From Macrostomum hystrix (Eukaryota > Animalia > Platyhelminthes), in contig CATNEN010000003.1 in the NCBI GenBank assembly GCA_950097015.1, positions 4,340,001-4,404,000 on the forward strand: 64,000 bases of DNA, given 5' to 3'. The notes below the pieces were generated by a model. That model was not told the origin of the DNA. It was given only the letters and a program-made list of their open reading frames with translations, and did no database searches. Each line of letters opens with the position of its first letter. Within the stretch, counting starts at the first letter, position 1. Positions 48,501 through 60,974 of this stretch are shown in pieces. Both the position numbers and the translations under genes were made by a program.

Positions 48501-51500
48501 GGTAAGTGGGATAAGCGGAATAAGCGGGATATCACTACCGAAAAGTTGTTGATCAGATCGTTTCGCTTTCTTTGCGGCGCGGCAGCGGAGGCGGCCGCGG
48601 CATTCTTGGAGCCCCCAGTCATGGCTGCCGACGCCGAGACAGCCGCGGCTGCTGCTCGTAGTTTCTTCTCGTTCAACTGTCGCCTGTTGACTTTTAGAAG
48701 CATATCCTCGATGGCTGAGTCGTAGCCCCAGGGACCGTTGCGAGCCAGGCTAAGCGGCGTCTCTTTGTTCTGATTGGTTGATTAGCTGCTTATTATTCTA
48801 ATAATAATAATAACAATAATAATTGCAGGAGGGCTGCGGGCAATGGCACATCATTTGGTGACACTAGACACGCAGCCAACGAGAAGGCAATTCTGCTCAT
48901 TTCTCTGACTCCTGGGCACACATACATCTGCTCTGACTTTCTCATCGTCAGGCAGTGTACACTCTCACTGTGCCTTTGAGGTTGGCCCTCAATGGCGCAA
49001 TTTGCAAATTACTAATAATAATTGCAAGTCACTAGTTGACAGTAAAGGTGCGTCAGCTCACCTTATTCTTAACATCGACGGTTGCATTTTTCTCCAATAG
49101 AAATTCAATCGCTTTTACTTTTTGATCGCGAACCACAATGTGCAGTGGTGTGTCACCAACCTGTTTTCAATGGTAAGAGATTTGACTATTTGCTTTGAAT
49201 ACTAATACTAATTCCCTAATGGGGATAAAAGCCTACCACACTAAACTTCCCTAATGGGGATAAAAGGCTCCCACACTAAACTTTCCTAATGGCGATGAAA
49301 TGATCCCACACTAAACTTTCCTAATGGCGATGAAATGATCCCACACTAAACTTCCCTAATGGGGATAAAAGGCTCACACACTAAACTTCCCTAATGGGGA
49401 TACAAGGTTTCCACACTAAACTTTCCTAATGGGGATAAAAAGATCCCACGCTAAACTTCTGAAAGTCTATGGGCATAGCGCGCTGCGAGTTCTCACCTTA
49501 TCGTTAGCGTAAATGTCTGGGCTTAGGCCTGGATTAGCGGCGAATAGCTGTTCCATATCCTTAGCTATTTGAGTACCGCCAGACTTTTGCATAGCAATTT
49601 GATGCAGTCTGTGATAATCGCCCTGCTCAAAATGCGATAGAAAGAACACAAAATAATGCACTTTCATTTTTATAATTTAAACTTTCGATTTATAAACTGT
49701 TTATTCACCGTAAACTTATTTGGATCGTTGCCTAATTGTTTTGGCTGCTGTCGTGTCGGCTCCTTTGATGTTTGCTTCGCTGGAGCTTGTGGCTGCGGCT
49801 GCGGCTGCGGCTGAGGCTTTGCCGGCTGTTCCCGCTGCGGTTCCCCTTTTGGCGCCGGTTGGGCAGCTCTTGGAGTGGATGCTGGCGGCGGAACCACCAG
49901 AGTCACCTGCTTTTTCGGCACAGCAGTGTCAGGATTTCGACCAGAGAGGAGGAGATCTTCTACGTCGGTGTAGCCGCGTTGTCTGGCAAGCGACAGAGCG
50001 TCCTGGCCCTCCTGGGGTTGTTGCGTGTTGCATTTGAGATTGGTATTTTCGTGAGGTGACGGGTTTCCAGGGGTTCTTCGATTGGTGGATTTTCAGAATT
50101 GGTGGAGTTCTAGGATTGGTGGAGTTCTAGGATTGGTGGAGTTCTAGGATTGGTTAAGTTCTAGGATTGGTGGAGTTCTAGTTCTAGGATTGGTTAAGTT
50201 CTAGGATTGGTGGAGTTCTTCGATTGGTGGAGTTCTAGGATTGGTGGAGTTCTAGGATTGGTTGAGTTCTAGGATTGGTGGAGTTCTAGGATTGGTTGAG
50301 TTCTTGGATTGGTTGGTTCTTGGATTGGTGGAGTTCTACGATTGGTGGAGTTCTAGGATTGGTGGAGTTCTAGGATTGGTGGAGTTCTAGGATTGGTGGA
50401 GTTCTCGGATTGGTTGAGTTCTAGGATTGGTGGAGTTCTAGGATTGGTTGAGTTCTTGGATTGGTTGGTTCTTGGATTGGTGGAGTTCTACGATTGGTGG
50501 AGTTCTAGGATTGGTGGAGTTCTAGGATTGGTGGAGTTCTAGGATTGGTGGAGTTCTCGGATTGGTTGAGTTCTAGGATTGGTGGAGTTCTAGGGAATTT
50601 TTATAAAATGTGCATTTTAACTTACAAAGTTTCTATTTGCTTTAGGCACTCCAGCAAGCATTAGCAGGTAGATTGCTCTGAGCATCTCTTGATCGTGCTT
50701 CATTGTCTTGACAGCCAGTGTTATCGGAGTTTCATTTTGCTGTAATTTGTTAAAAGAAATAGTTCTTTGATGAAGTTACACGTTAAAAAGTCGTCGGTTT
50801 TCCGTCTTTTATAAAATATATCTTTTTACCTCGTCAACTTGTTGCGGATCGGCCTCGTTGTTTAAGAGCTCCTGCAGCATCAGGCGCTTATTTGGACTGT
50901 CTGTCACCGCCCAGTGCAGCGGTAGGCATGATTCCTGGAACGTTTACGATTTGTTTAAATGCGCTCGTTAATAAGAATTTTTTTAAATCAGTTTACTTGA
51001 TTGTTTTAACAAAAATAAATTGCAAATGTGAATTTTGTTCATCAATGGAAAGTTATTAAGTCGTGAAAGCTAACTAAATATAGTTATTGCCATAATAATA
51101 TGCATTGTTTTTTGTGAAGTTTCGTAGCAAAAAAGGTAACAGGGTCGATTAATAATTACGATTCACTTACACCTCGAAGCTTCATCTTTGCGTTGGAAGT
51201 ATCAAGTTTGTTTGAAAAGAGAAAGAATGTAGAAAAAAATTACCATATAATTAACTTCTCAACTTCTTTAACCTTTACATGTCTAACAGGTTGACTCTTC
51301 TGTCTATCAGGTTGAATCTTCTGTCTAACAGGTTGACTTTTCTGTCTAACAGGTTGACTCTTCCGTCTCTAACAGGTCGACTCTTCTGTCTAACAGGTTG
51401 ACTCTTCTGTCTAACAGGTTGACTCTTCTGTGTCTAACAGGTTGACTCTTCTGTCTAACAGGTTGACTCTTCTGTCTAACAGGTTGACTCTTCTGTGTCT

Positions 51501-54500
51501 AACAGGTTGACTCTTCTGTCTAACAGGTTGACTCCGCTGTCTATCAAGTCGGGCAGTTCCATATTTTCTGAACTACGAGTTAGATTAACAAAGACAGCGG
51601 GAATATCTACCCTGTAGGCCATTTGCGCAGCCTGTCTCATCAGCGTCCCCGCTTTGCCTAAATCGCCACTGCGAATAGCCGCTCTCAGATCGTCTGGTGT
51701 TGAAGCTCCGGCTGCAGCCGCCTGCGGCGACCACATGTACGGATCTAGCTGCTTGGCTAGATTTGGATCGTCTTCAACCGCTGCCAATAGTTCCGCTAGA
51801 CGACGATAGCCGTTGGCCAATGCATAATCGAATGGCGTCTTGCCCAGCTGAGCAGGCGGATGAGGGCGATGGGTATGATAAAGGCTAGTGGGAATGAGGG
51901 GAGGTGGGTATGAGGGGTGGTGGGTGTGAAGTGTGGTGGGTGTGAGAGGTGGTGGGTGTGAAGTGTGGTGGGTGTGAGGGGTGGTGGGTGTGAAGTGTGG
52001 TGGGTATGAGGGGAGGTGGGTATGAGGGGTGGTGGGTGTGAGGGTATGTGGGTGTGAAGTGTGGTGTATGAGGGGTGGTGGGTATGAGGGGTGGTGGGTA
52101 TGAGGGGTGGTGGGTGTGAAGTGTGGTGGCTGTGAGGGTGGTGGGTGTGAAGTGTGGTGGGTGTGAGGGGTGGTGGGTGTGAAGTGTGGTGGGTGTGAGG
52201 GGTGGTGGGTGTGAAGTGTGGTGGGTATGAGGGGAGGTGGGTATGAGGGGTGGTGGGTGTGAGGGTATGTGGGTGTGAAGTGTGGTGTATGAGGGGTGGT
52301 GGGTATGAGGGGTGGTGGGTATGAAGTGTGGTGTATGAGGGGTGGTGGGTATGAGGGTATGTGGGTGTGAAGTGTGGTGTATGAGGGGTGGTGGGTATGA
52401 GGGGTGGTGGGTGTGAAGTGTGGTGGCTGTGAGGGTGGTGGGTGTGAAGTGTGGTGGGTGTGAGGGGTGGTGGGTGTGAAGTGTGGTGGGTGTGAGGGGT
52501 GGTGGGTATGAGGGGTTGTGGGTGTGAAGTGTGGTGTATGAGGGGTGGTGGGTATGAGGGGTGGTGGGTGTAAGTGTGGTGGCTTTGAGGGGTGGTAGGT
52601 GTGAAGTGTGGTGGGTGTGAGGGTTGGTGGGTGTGAAGTGTGGTGGGTGTGAGGGTTGGTAGGTGTGAAGTGTGGTGGGTGTGAGGGTTGGTGGGTGTGA
52701 AGTGTGGTGGGTATGAGGGGAGGTGGGTATGAGGGGTGGTGGGTATGAGGTTTGCTGGTGGGTATGAGGGTTGGTGGGTTTTAGGGGTGGTGCATTTGAG
52801 GAGTGTTAGGTTTGATAGTTTGTGGTTTAGTTCAGACTAAGGTGTGAATTGTCTCCATAAACATCCAGCTCACGTGATTACGAATCGCCGGCGCGGCACC
52901 CTCGTGCAGCAGGATGGGCACAGAGAGCTCTGCGTTGCTCTGCTTTGAGTAGAGAATGGCCAGGTGCAACGCCGTGTTGCCATTGCTAGTTAACCTGGCG
53001 TCAACGTCGGCACCGTTTTGAATTAATCTGACCATCAGGGAGTCCAGGTAGGGCGGATCGGCAGTGACGACCGTCAGCTGTAGCGGAGTCATGTCATTCT
53101 GCGACAAAGAAGACGATAATTATCGAAGCGTACAGTTCTCAGACTATATTTAAGTTCAACTTTTGATTCGAAGTCTCACCTGATCGCGTAGATTGACACC
53201 AGTCTTATCACTGGCCAAAGTACGAGTCAACGCTTTGGTGTCATTGTCCTGACACAGTCGATGAATGTAGTGCGGCTGCGGGCGCATTTTGTGGATCATT
53301 TCGAGATTGAGTTGCGAGACTAATTTCTATATAAGCTGCACTTAAACTCCCTTGCAGCTTGACTCTCTTCCAGCCTGACTGTCTTCCAGATTGACTCTCT
53401 TCCAGCCTGACTTCATAACTTCCAGCTTGACCCTCTTCCAGCTTGACTCTCTTCCAGCTTGACTCTCTTCCAGCTTGACTCTCTTCCAGCTTGACTCTCT
53501 TCCAGCTTGACTCTCTTTTCCAGCTTGACTCTCTTTTCCAGCTTGACCCTCATTCAGCTTGACTCTCTCTTCCAGCTTGACTCTCTTCCAGCTTGACTCT
53601 CTTCCAGCTTGACTCTCTTCAAGCTTTCTCTTCCAGCTTGACTCTCTCTTCCAGCTTGACTCTCTTCCAGCTTGACTCTCTTCCAGCTTGACTCTCTTTT
53701 CCAGCTTGACTCTCTTTTCCAGCTTGACCCTCATTCAGCTTGACTCTCTCTTCCAGCTTGACTCTCTTCCAGCTTGACTCTCTTCCAGCTTGACTCTCTC
53801 TTCCAGCTTGACTCCCTAACTTCCAGCTTGACTCCCTTAACTTCCAGCTTGACTTTCTCTTCCAGCTTGACTCTCTCTTCCAGCTTTCTCTTCCAGCTTG
53901 ACTCTCTTCCAGCTTGACTCTCTTTTCCAGCTTGACCCTCTTTCAGCTTGACTCTCTCTTCCAGCTTGACTCTCTTCCAGCTTGACTCTCTTCCAGCTTG
54001 ACTCTCTTCCAGCTTGACTCTCTTCCAGCTTGACTCTCTCTTCCAGCTTGACTCTCTCTTCCAGCTTGACTCTCTTCCAGCTTGACTCTCTCTTCCAGCT
54101 TGACTCTCTCTTCCAGCTTGACTCTCTTCCAGCCTGACTTCATAACTTCCAGCTTGACTCCCTAACTTCCAGCTTGACTCCCTTAACTTCCAGCTTGACC
54201 CTCTTCCAGCTTGACTCTCTTCCAGCTTGACTCTCTTCCAGCTTGACTCTCTCTTCCAGCTTTCTCTTCCAGCTTGACTCTCTTCCAGCTTGACTCTCTT
54301 CCAGCTTGACTCTCTCTTCCAGCTTTCTCTTCCAGCTTGACTCTCTTCCAGCTTGACTCTCTTTCCAGCTTGACCCTCTTTCAGCTTGACTCTCTCTTCC
54401 AGCTTGACTCTCTTTTCCAGCTTGACCCTCTTTCAGCTTGACTCTCTCTTCCAGCTTGACTCTCTCTTCCAGCTTGACTCTCTTCCAGCTTGACTCTCTT

Positions 54501-56876
54501 CCAGCTTGACTCTCTCTTCCAGCTTTCTCTTCCAGCTTGACTCTCTTTTCCAGCTTGACTCTCTTTTCCAGCTTGACCCTCTTTCAGCTTGACTCTCTCT
54601 TCCAGCTTGACTCTCTCTTCCAGCTTGACTCTCTTCCAGCTTGACTCTCTTCCAGCTTGACTCTCTCTTCCAGCTTTCTCTTCCAGCTTGACTCTCTCTT
54701 CCAGCTTGACTCTCTTCCAGCTTTCTCTTCCAGCTTGACTCTCTTCCAGCTTGACTCTCTTCCAGCCTGACTTCATAACTTCCAGCTTGACTCCCTAACT
54801 TCCAGCTTGACTCCCTTAACTTCCAGCTTGACCCTCTTCCAGCTTGAATCTCTTCCAGCTTGACTCTCTTCCAGCTTGACTCTCTCTTCCAGCTTTCTCT
54901 TCCAGCTTGACTCTCTTCCAGCTTGACTCTCTTCCAGCTTGACTCTCTCTTCCAGCTTTCTCTTCCAGCTTGACTCTCTTCCAGCTTGACTCTCTTTTCC
55001 AGCTTGACCCTCTTTCAGCTTGACTCTCTCTTCCAGCTTGACTCTCTTTTCCAGCTTGACCCTCTTTCAGCTTGACTCTCTCTTCCAGCTTGACTCTCTC
55101 TTCCAGCTTGACTCTCTTCCAGCTTGACTCTCTTCCAGCTTGACTCTCTCTTCCAGCTTTCTCTTCCAGCTTGACTCTCTTCCAGCTTGACTCTCTTTTC
55201 CAGCTTGACTCTCTTTTCCAGCTTGACCCTCTTTCAGCTTGACTCTCTCTTCCAGCTTGACTCTCTTTTCCAGCTTGACCCTCTTTCAGCTTGACTCTCT
55301 CTTCCAGCTTGACTCTCTCTTCCAGCTTGACTCTCTTCCAGCTTGACTCTCTTCCAGCTTGACTCTCTCTTCCAGCTTTCTCTTCCAGCTTGACTCTCTT
55401 CCAGCTTGACCTCTCTTTTCCAGCTTGACTCTCTTTTCCAGCTTGACCCTCTTTCAGCTTGACTCTCTCTTCCAGCTTGACTCTCTCTTCCAGCTTGACT
55501 CTCTTCCAGCTTGACTCTCTTCCAGCTTGACTCTCTCTTCCAGCTTTCTCTTCCAGCTTGACTCTCTTCCAGCTTGACTCTCTTTTCCAGCTCGACCCTC
55601 TTTCAGCTTGACTCTCTCTTCCAGCTTGACTCTCTTTTCCAGCTTGACCCTCTTTCAGCTTGACTCTCTCTTCCAGCTTGACTCTCTTCCAGCTTGACTC
55701 TCTCTTCCAGCTTGACTCTCTCTTCCAGCTTGACTCTCTCTTCCAGCTTGACCCTCTTCCAGCTTGACTCTCTTTTCCAGCTTGACCCTCTTTCAGCTTG
55801 ACTCTCTCTTCCAGCTTGACTCTCTCTTCCAGCTTGACTCTCTTTCCAGCTTGACTCTCTTCCAGCTTGACTCTCTCTTCCAGCTTTCTCTTCCAGCTTG
55901 ACTCTCTTCCAGCTTGACTCTCTCTTCCAGCTTTCTCTTCCAGCTTGACTCTCTTCCAGCTTGACTCTCTTTTCCAGCTCGACCCTCTTTCAGCTTGACT
56001 CTCTCTTCCAGCTTGACTCTCTTTTCCAGCTTGACCCTCTTTCAGCTTGACTCTCTCTTCCAGCTTGACTCTCTTCCAGCTTGACTCTCTCTTCCAGCTT
56101 GACTCTCTCTTCCAGCTTGACTCTCTCTTCCAGCTTGACCCTCTTCCAGCTTGACTCTCTTTCCAGCTTGACCCTCTTTCAGCTTGACTCTCTCTTCCAG
56201 CTTGACTCTCTCTTCCAGCTTGACTCTCTTCCAGCTTGACTTTCTTCCAGCTTGACTCTCTCTTCCAGCTTTCTCTTCCAGCTTGACTCTCTTCCAGCTT
56301 GACTCTCTCTTCCAGCTTTCTCTTCCAGCTTGACTCTCTTCCAGCTTGACTCTCTTTTCCAGCTTGACCCTCTTTCAGCTTGACTCTCTCTTCCAGCTTG
56401 ACTCTCTTTTCCAGCTTGACCCTCTTTCAGCTTGACTCTCTCTTCCAGCTTGACTCTCTTCCAGCTTGACTCTCTCTTCCAGCTTGACTCTCTCTTCCAG
56501 CTTGACTCTCTTTTCCAGCTTGACCCTCTTTCAGCTTGACTCTCTCTTCCAGCTTGACTCTCTTCCAGCTTGACTCTCTTCCAGCTTGACTCTCTTTTCC
56601 AGCTTGACTTTCTTCCAGCTTGACTCTCTCTTCCAGCTTTCTCTTCCAGCTTGACTCTCTCTTCCAGCTTGACTCTCTTCCAGCTTGACTCTCTTCCAGC
56701 TTGACTCTCTTTTCCAGATTGACCCTCTTTCAGCTTGACTCTCTTCCAGCTTGACTCTCTCTTCCAGCTTTCTCTTCCAGCTTGACTCCCTTAACTTCCA
56801 GCTTGACTCGAATGCTTACCTGGTACAGCCGGACGTCATGCTCATCGAAGGCTGCAGTTCTACTGTTTTCTAGCAT
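40925..56876 (-). CDS. Ankyrin-repeat protein B, 13 exons, paralog of gene A
   Basis: Exons 56876-56820, 53275-53180, 53098-52874, 51847-51611, 50934-50830, 50739-50626, 50011-49709, 49622-49497, 49160-49062, 48769-48539, 43423-43298, 42414-42316, 41059-40925; all phase 0. PPYLDSL...GNTALHLAILYSKQSNAELSVPILLHEGA closely matches gene A. Confidence 0.85.
41160..42080. repeat. 20-bp minisatellite (GACCTAAAGTCTCATTCACT), ~45 copies, last intron of ankyrin B
   Basis: Direct inspection; degenerate units continue to ~42290. Confidence 0.95.
42435..42876 (-). mobile_element. Near full-length tRNA-derived SINE with (ATT)n tail
   Basis: Minus strand begins GGCGGATAGCTCAGTCAATAAGG...GTGTTCGACTCCCG (A/B boxes, tRNA-Lys-like head), body CCTTTGGCAAG...CTCAGCTGCAAATGAGTACC, and ends in (ATT)n at ~42435-42505. 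Confidence 0.75.
43434..48390. repeat. ~5-kb (GGAGA)n pentanucleotide satellite with interspersed GTGGATAGCAAA markers, in ankyrin B intron 10
   Basis: Almost pure purine + strand; explains all LLSSP/EERRG ORFs. Confidence 0.98.
48463..48530. repeat. (GGGATAAGT)n 9-bp repeat next to a splice donor
   Basis: Direct inspection. Confidence 0.8.
49212..49458. repeat. ~35-bp minisatellite (CCACACTAAACTTCCCTAATGGGGATAAAA...), ~7 copies, intronic
   Basis: Direct inspection. Confidence 0.85.
50078..50593. repeat. 17-bp minisatellite (GGATTGGTGGAGTTCTA), ~30 copies, intronic
   Basis: Direct inspection. Confidence 0.93.
51282..51533. repeat. 21-23-bp minisatellite (CTAACAGGTTGACTCTTCTGT), intronic
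   Basis: Direct inspection. Confidence 0.9.
51890..52790. repeat. G-rich ~16-bp minisatellite (GTGGTGGGTRTGAGGG / GTGGTGGGTGTGAAGT), intronic
   Basis: Dense GGG/GGGG runs on the + strand. Confidence 0.92.
53350..56808. repeat. ~3.4-kb 16-18-bp satellite (TTCCAGCTTGACTCTC[TC]) filling intron 1 of ankyrin B
   Basis: Starts ~10 nt after the donor at 56819. Confidence 0.97.
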
Positions 56877-58335
56877 AGACTGGGCGGTTATATTTTAAGT
56901 TTATCTTGTCTAAGTGCTTTTAGTACGTGTGAGTATATGAAAGTTTTAATGAAATTGATGGCCTGTTATATTTACGCTTCCAAAGAATTTGTTTTCCGTT
57001 GTTAAGGCTGCAGAAGAAAATATTCCTGCTGCAGTCTTCTGCTTTAAAAAAGTCTTTCTCCAACTGTACATTTCGCTCGTGCTTCTCAAACCCTATTCTC
57101 TCGCCATTCATTGCTGCTATACACAGAGCTGCGCCATTCTGTGTGGACATGTGCAAGAGGTGGGGTCTATTTTCATACCTGCGTCGTTCTTATGAAGCAC
57201 AATTAAAAGCACCAAATCTGCATGCTTTATAAAGATACCTTTGCGACTTTATAGCTTTTCTTTTTCACTCCGGCTGGATGACAACTTTGACTACTATGAG
57301 TAGACGACAACAAAACTCCCTGCGTTCCGTATTTTTTAATTATTTTACTAGATAGCCAGCAAAAAAACTCAATAGCTTTAGAACTTCTATCAAGACCACG
57401 AATCGACCAGACAGTCAATTTGCTAAATGATTCGTTATTGCTCATTGTACGAATAGCTAAGCCAACGTGACATATTTTTTACATTAAGTAAGCTGTTAAA
57501 AATATGATTTTGAATGACAAAATGTCATTTAACTCAGTTAAGTGAGATCCTTTTTTATTATATCCATGCATTACTTGTATTTGTTCGATTCCCAAAAACC
57601 ACGGTACACATCGTCTTCTTCTTCCGCCAACTGAATTTGCATATTGCATCTTTGCGATATCGGATAGCTGCAGCGGTGCGAGAATTTTTTATTTATGTAT
57701 TTAATTAGTTTGAAACTGAACAGTTCACTTTAATTTAATTTCATAAACTTACTTTGTTGTCCAGTAAAACAAAATGCAGATTAAAGTAGCAAATTATAAT
57801 CATAAACTGGACCTAAATAGCATTTATCTGACTAAAAGAAGCATTTTAAAGCAACAATTTATACGATGAAAGAATTCAAAGCCGACGGGTAATAGTTTTT
57901 ATTTTTTTATCAGCTGGACCGAAACGAGTCCCGACCACGAGAACTCTTTACATTCGGTTTATGTATAAAAGCGAAATAATTAGCTTACTTCAGCTAATAA
58001 GGCTACACGCCTAGCCTACGATAATTGCAATAAAAATATTCTAATTGCTAAACAGTACAAACTCTACGTCATCTAGCTGCACTAAAACTTATTCCTGTAT
58101 TCTCCTACTGTCCTGACTCCTGAGCTAAGCAGTCAACTGAGTCAACATATTACTGCCTATGATAATTATTCATGATTGTCCTAAAAAGCTAAACGAATTC
58201 CAGTCAAGATACTTGGTCATATTAGTGTAGGCTCATTATGACAATGTTTTAAAGGGCTATCTCTAGGCCTACCTCTGGTTTTTAGTTAGTTGTTTGGCTT
58301 TCTAGCTGAAACTGAAGCCAGTTCGAGATGCAAAA

Positions 58336-59042
58336 GGCAGAGCTTATTCCCACGGTCCTGTGCCGATAATTTCAATTTTATCCACACAGATCCGTGTGAT
58401 TAATTTTTTGCTTATCCATACAGCAGCTTGTATGAATAGGCCTACAACTCTGCATATAAATATGCTGTGCCGTTAATTTAATTTTATCCACGCGGTTCTG
58501 TTCTTTGAAACGAGGCCCTTTCTGGTTTGAATGTTTTGCTGAACCCTCGAGCCAATAGATCAACAAAGTTGCCAGTGTGTAACGACAGTGTTCTACATTT
58601 TGACCTACACATTCATTAACCAACATTAATGTCATCTTTTTTAATTTTTGTAATAACAACTTACTAAGTCTTTTGTCATTGTTACATAGCCTATTCTCAT
58701 TCGAATTGTATTGACTTAGAAAGTAAGAAGTCAATCAAAGAAAATCATACAAGTCAACCAGCAGAATTCTAGTCAGCACAAAACTTGTCATACATATTAG
58801 GGCCTATACATCTTTGTTATTATTTTACACTAGGCCCCTATGCATTAGCGTACACTGTAGGGCCTACACTATACTCTGAAGCAAAATCCTTATGCTCAGA
58901 GAAGAATAGGTAGGGACTTGAAAGTAGACCCTATTCATACAAGCTGCCGTGTGGATAGGGGCCTAAGCAGAAAATTATTGGCACGGATCCGTGTGGATAA
59001 AATTGAAATTATCGGCATGGGACCATGGGAATAAGCACTTCC
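58336..59042. mobile_element. Mutator-like MITE, ~105-bp TIRs, degenerate 9-bp TSD; termini related to the element at 23314
   Basis: GGCAGAGCTTATTCCC...TATGAATAGG versus CCTATTCATAC...GGGAATAAGCACTTCC; flanks GATGCAAAA and AATGTAAAA. Confidence 0.75.
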
Positions 59043-59920
59043 AATGTAAAATGTCAGAATTAAACAAGGCCTTATATGTGTTGTGAATTAGGATGAAAGA
59101 CATCCTAGGTTTGGCCTAGATAAGCCAAATGTAAAGCCTATTTAACAAAGTAGGTCTACTTGTTCTTGACTTTTAATTGTTTCATTTTAATCCTAGTTAT
59201 ATCATTTTTGTACAAAAATATTTTTGAACTAGGCCTAGCCTATAGAGCTCTACACCTAGGACCCTGCTCTATTTATTGGTCAAGCTGACTGTCCCCTTGC
59301 CCTATATATGTCTAGGCCCCTAGTAGTAAGTAGCTTAGGATTAAGGCAATCCTCTAGTTTTGCATGTTAATTTCAATTATATTTTAGGCCTAGGCCTAAC
59401 AAAAATTTAACAAAAATTGGAAAAAATGAACAAAACTGAAAAAAATGACAAAAAATGATGAAAATGATGAAATGAAAAAAATGGCCCAACAAGCAAAAAC
59501 AAAAAACCAGTAATATTTCATAGTAGTACAAGTATGCTCAGTCAGTGTAGTAGTGTGTCACACACAAAATGTTTTTATAGGTAGGGCCTAACAATTCAAG
59601 GTAAGCTAAAAAGGCAAGAATGAAATAATCTGTCCCTCCCAGTCTTTGTCACCCTTTCTCTATTCTCTTCTCTTTCTCTGTGGTTTTGGCCATAGACATA
59701 GCTGCGCACTAGTGCACACTACCTCATCATTTTAAACTTGCACAAGTTTAAGTCAAATTTTGGTTGCTAAGAAAGTAAGTATCTTTTGTAAATAATATTA
59801 TGTGAAACTGGAGGATTACCAGTTTATAATAGTTGTTAATAGAAGTTAGTAATAATAATATTATTTGTTAATTCATTGTCTTGTGAATAAATGCCCTAGA
59901 TACACTTTCATATTTTAGCA

Positions 59921-60201
59921 CATACATGCGCAACCTCCCAAATCTTAGCCGGCCGTGCGACTTAGTTTTTGCTCTCATTTGCGACTTAGTTCGTTTCATT
60001 GCTCTATTTACGACTTAGTTTGCTCTCATTTGCTCTCTTTTTCTCTCCCCTTTTTCCTTTTCTTCACGCCTTCCTTTTTTGTCCCTTGGTCCCCCCTTTG
60101 ATTTTTTTGCGCTTGGTCAATTGGTTTTTGCGACTTACCTTGCTTGGCCCTCGTTTCACCCGGCCGGTTCGGCCGGGTCGGCCGGGTGTTGCGCATGTAT
60201 G
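59921..60201. mobile_element. 281-bp MITE, 14-bp TIR CATACATGCGCAAC, perfect 8-bp TSD TTTTAGCA (hAT- or P-like)
   Basis: TSD at 59913-59920 and 60202-60209. Confidence 0.85.
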
Positions 60202-60974
60202 TTTTAGCACAAATTATTGTTATTGTCTATATATAACATAATGAGTAATCTATCCAACTTTAATACTTTACTTACTTAAATAAAATATTTTAGGTAATTT
60301 TTTAACTTTTCAGCTAATCTAGCAACTAGAGGAAATAGGAGGACAAAATGTTAGCATGTTTAATAAGTAAGTTACAACTTATTCACAGAGTTAATGGGGA
60401 TCTTTGGGTCATTGAGTCCACAAAGTAAAGGCTGTGGTTTTGCTATAGCTATGTTATCCATCAGATAATCATTAGGTTAGCTTCAGGGAAGATGCTACTG
60501 TGCATTCTCGGGCTTATAACCATTGCAGTTGGCAAATTGGCCTAGTACACAAGAAGATTGTTAGCATAATATTTCATGATAGCTGTTGAGTAATACCAAT
60601 AAGCCTCTTTTTTAATAATGGAGCTATGGATATTAAAGAATGTACTAAGGGTAATTAGATAATATAGGCCAATAAGAAAATCCCAGCCACTGTTACCAAT
60701 GTTGTCATAGTGTTATTATTTTTTTTATTAAGATTCAACTGAATGGCACCAATGTTGTTGTGTGTCTAACTTCTTAGTAAAGTCTTTATCCCCATGATGC
60801 CAGCAAAGTTGTTCTAGTGCTAATAATTAATATTCTAACTTTACTTTCACAATGTTGTTGTATTTCTTATTTTTAATATTCTAAGAAGTTGTATTTCATA
60901 GGTATTTTAATATAATGTCTGAGTAATTTCAATATAAATTTTCTTAGAATTCGTCTCTGAGAATGTATTTTATA

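Noticed and set aside
43139-48703. 1854-aa LLSSP protein and EERRG ORFs
   Set aside because: Pentanucleotide satellite inside an intron; only the two ends are real exons.
3702-50593. Shared GATTGG(CTAG) (reverse CCAAT) in the 32-, 38- and 17-bp arrays
   Set aside because: Short match and the rest of the units do not align; insufficient for common origin or NF-Y function.
56920-58734. Short ORFs upstream of ankyrin B and inside the MITE
   Set aside because: AT-rich, no recognisable domains or transposase motifs, no splice support.
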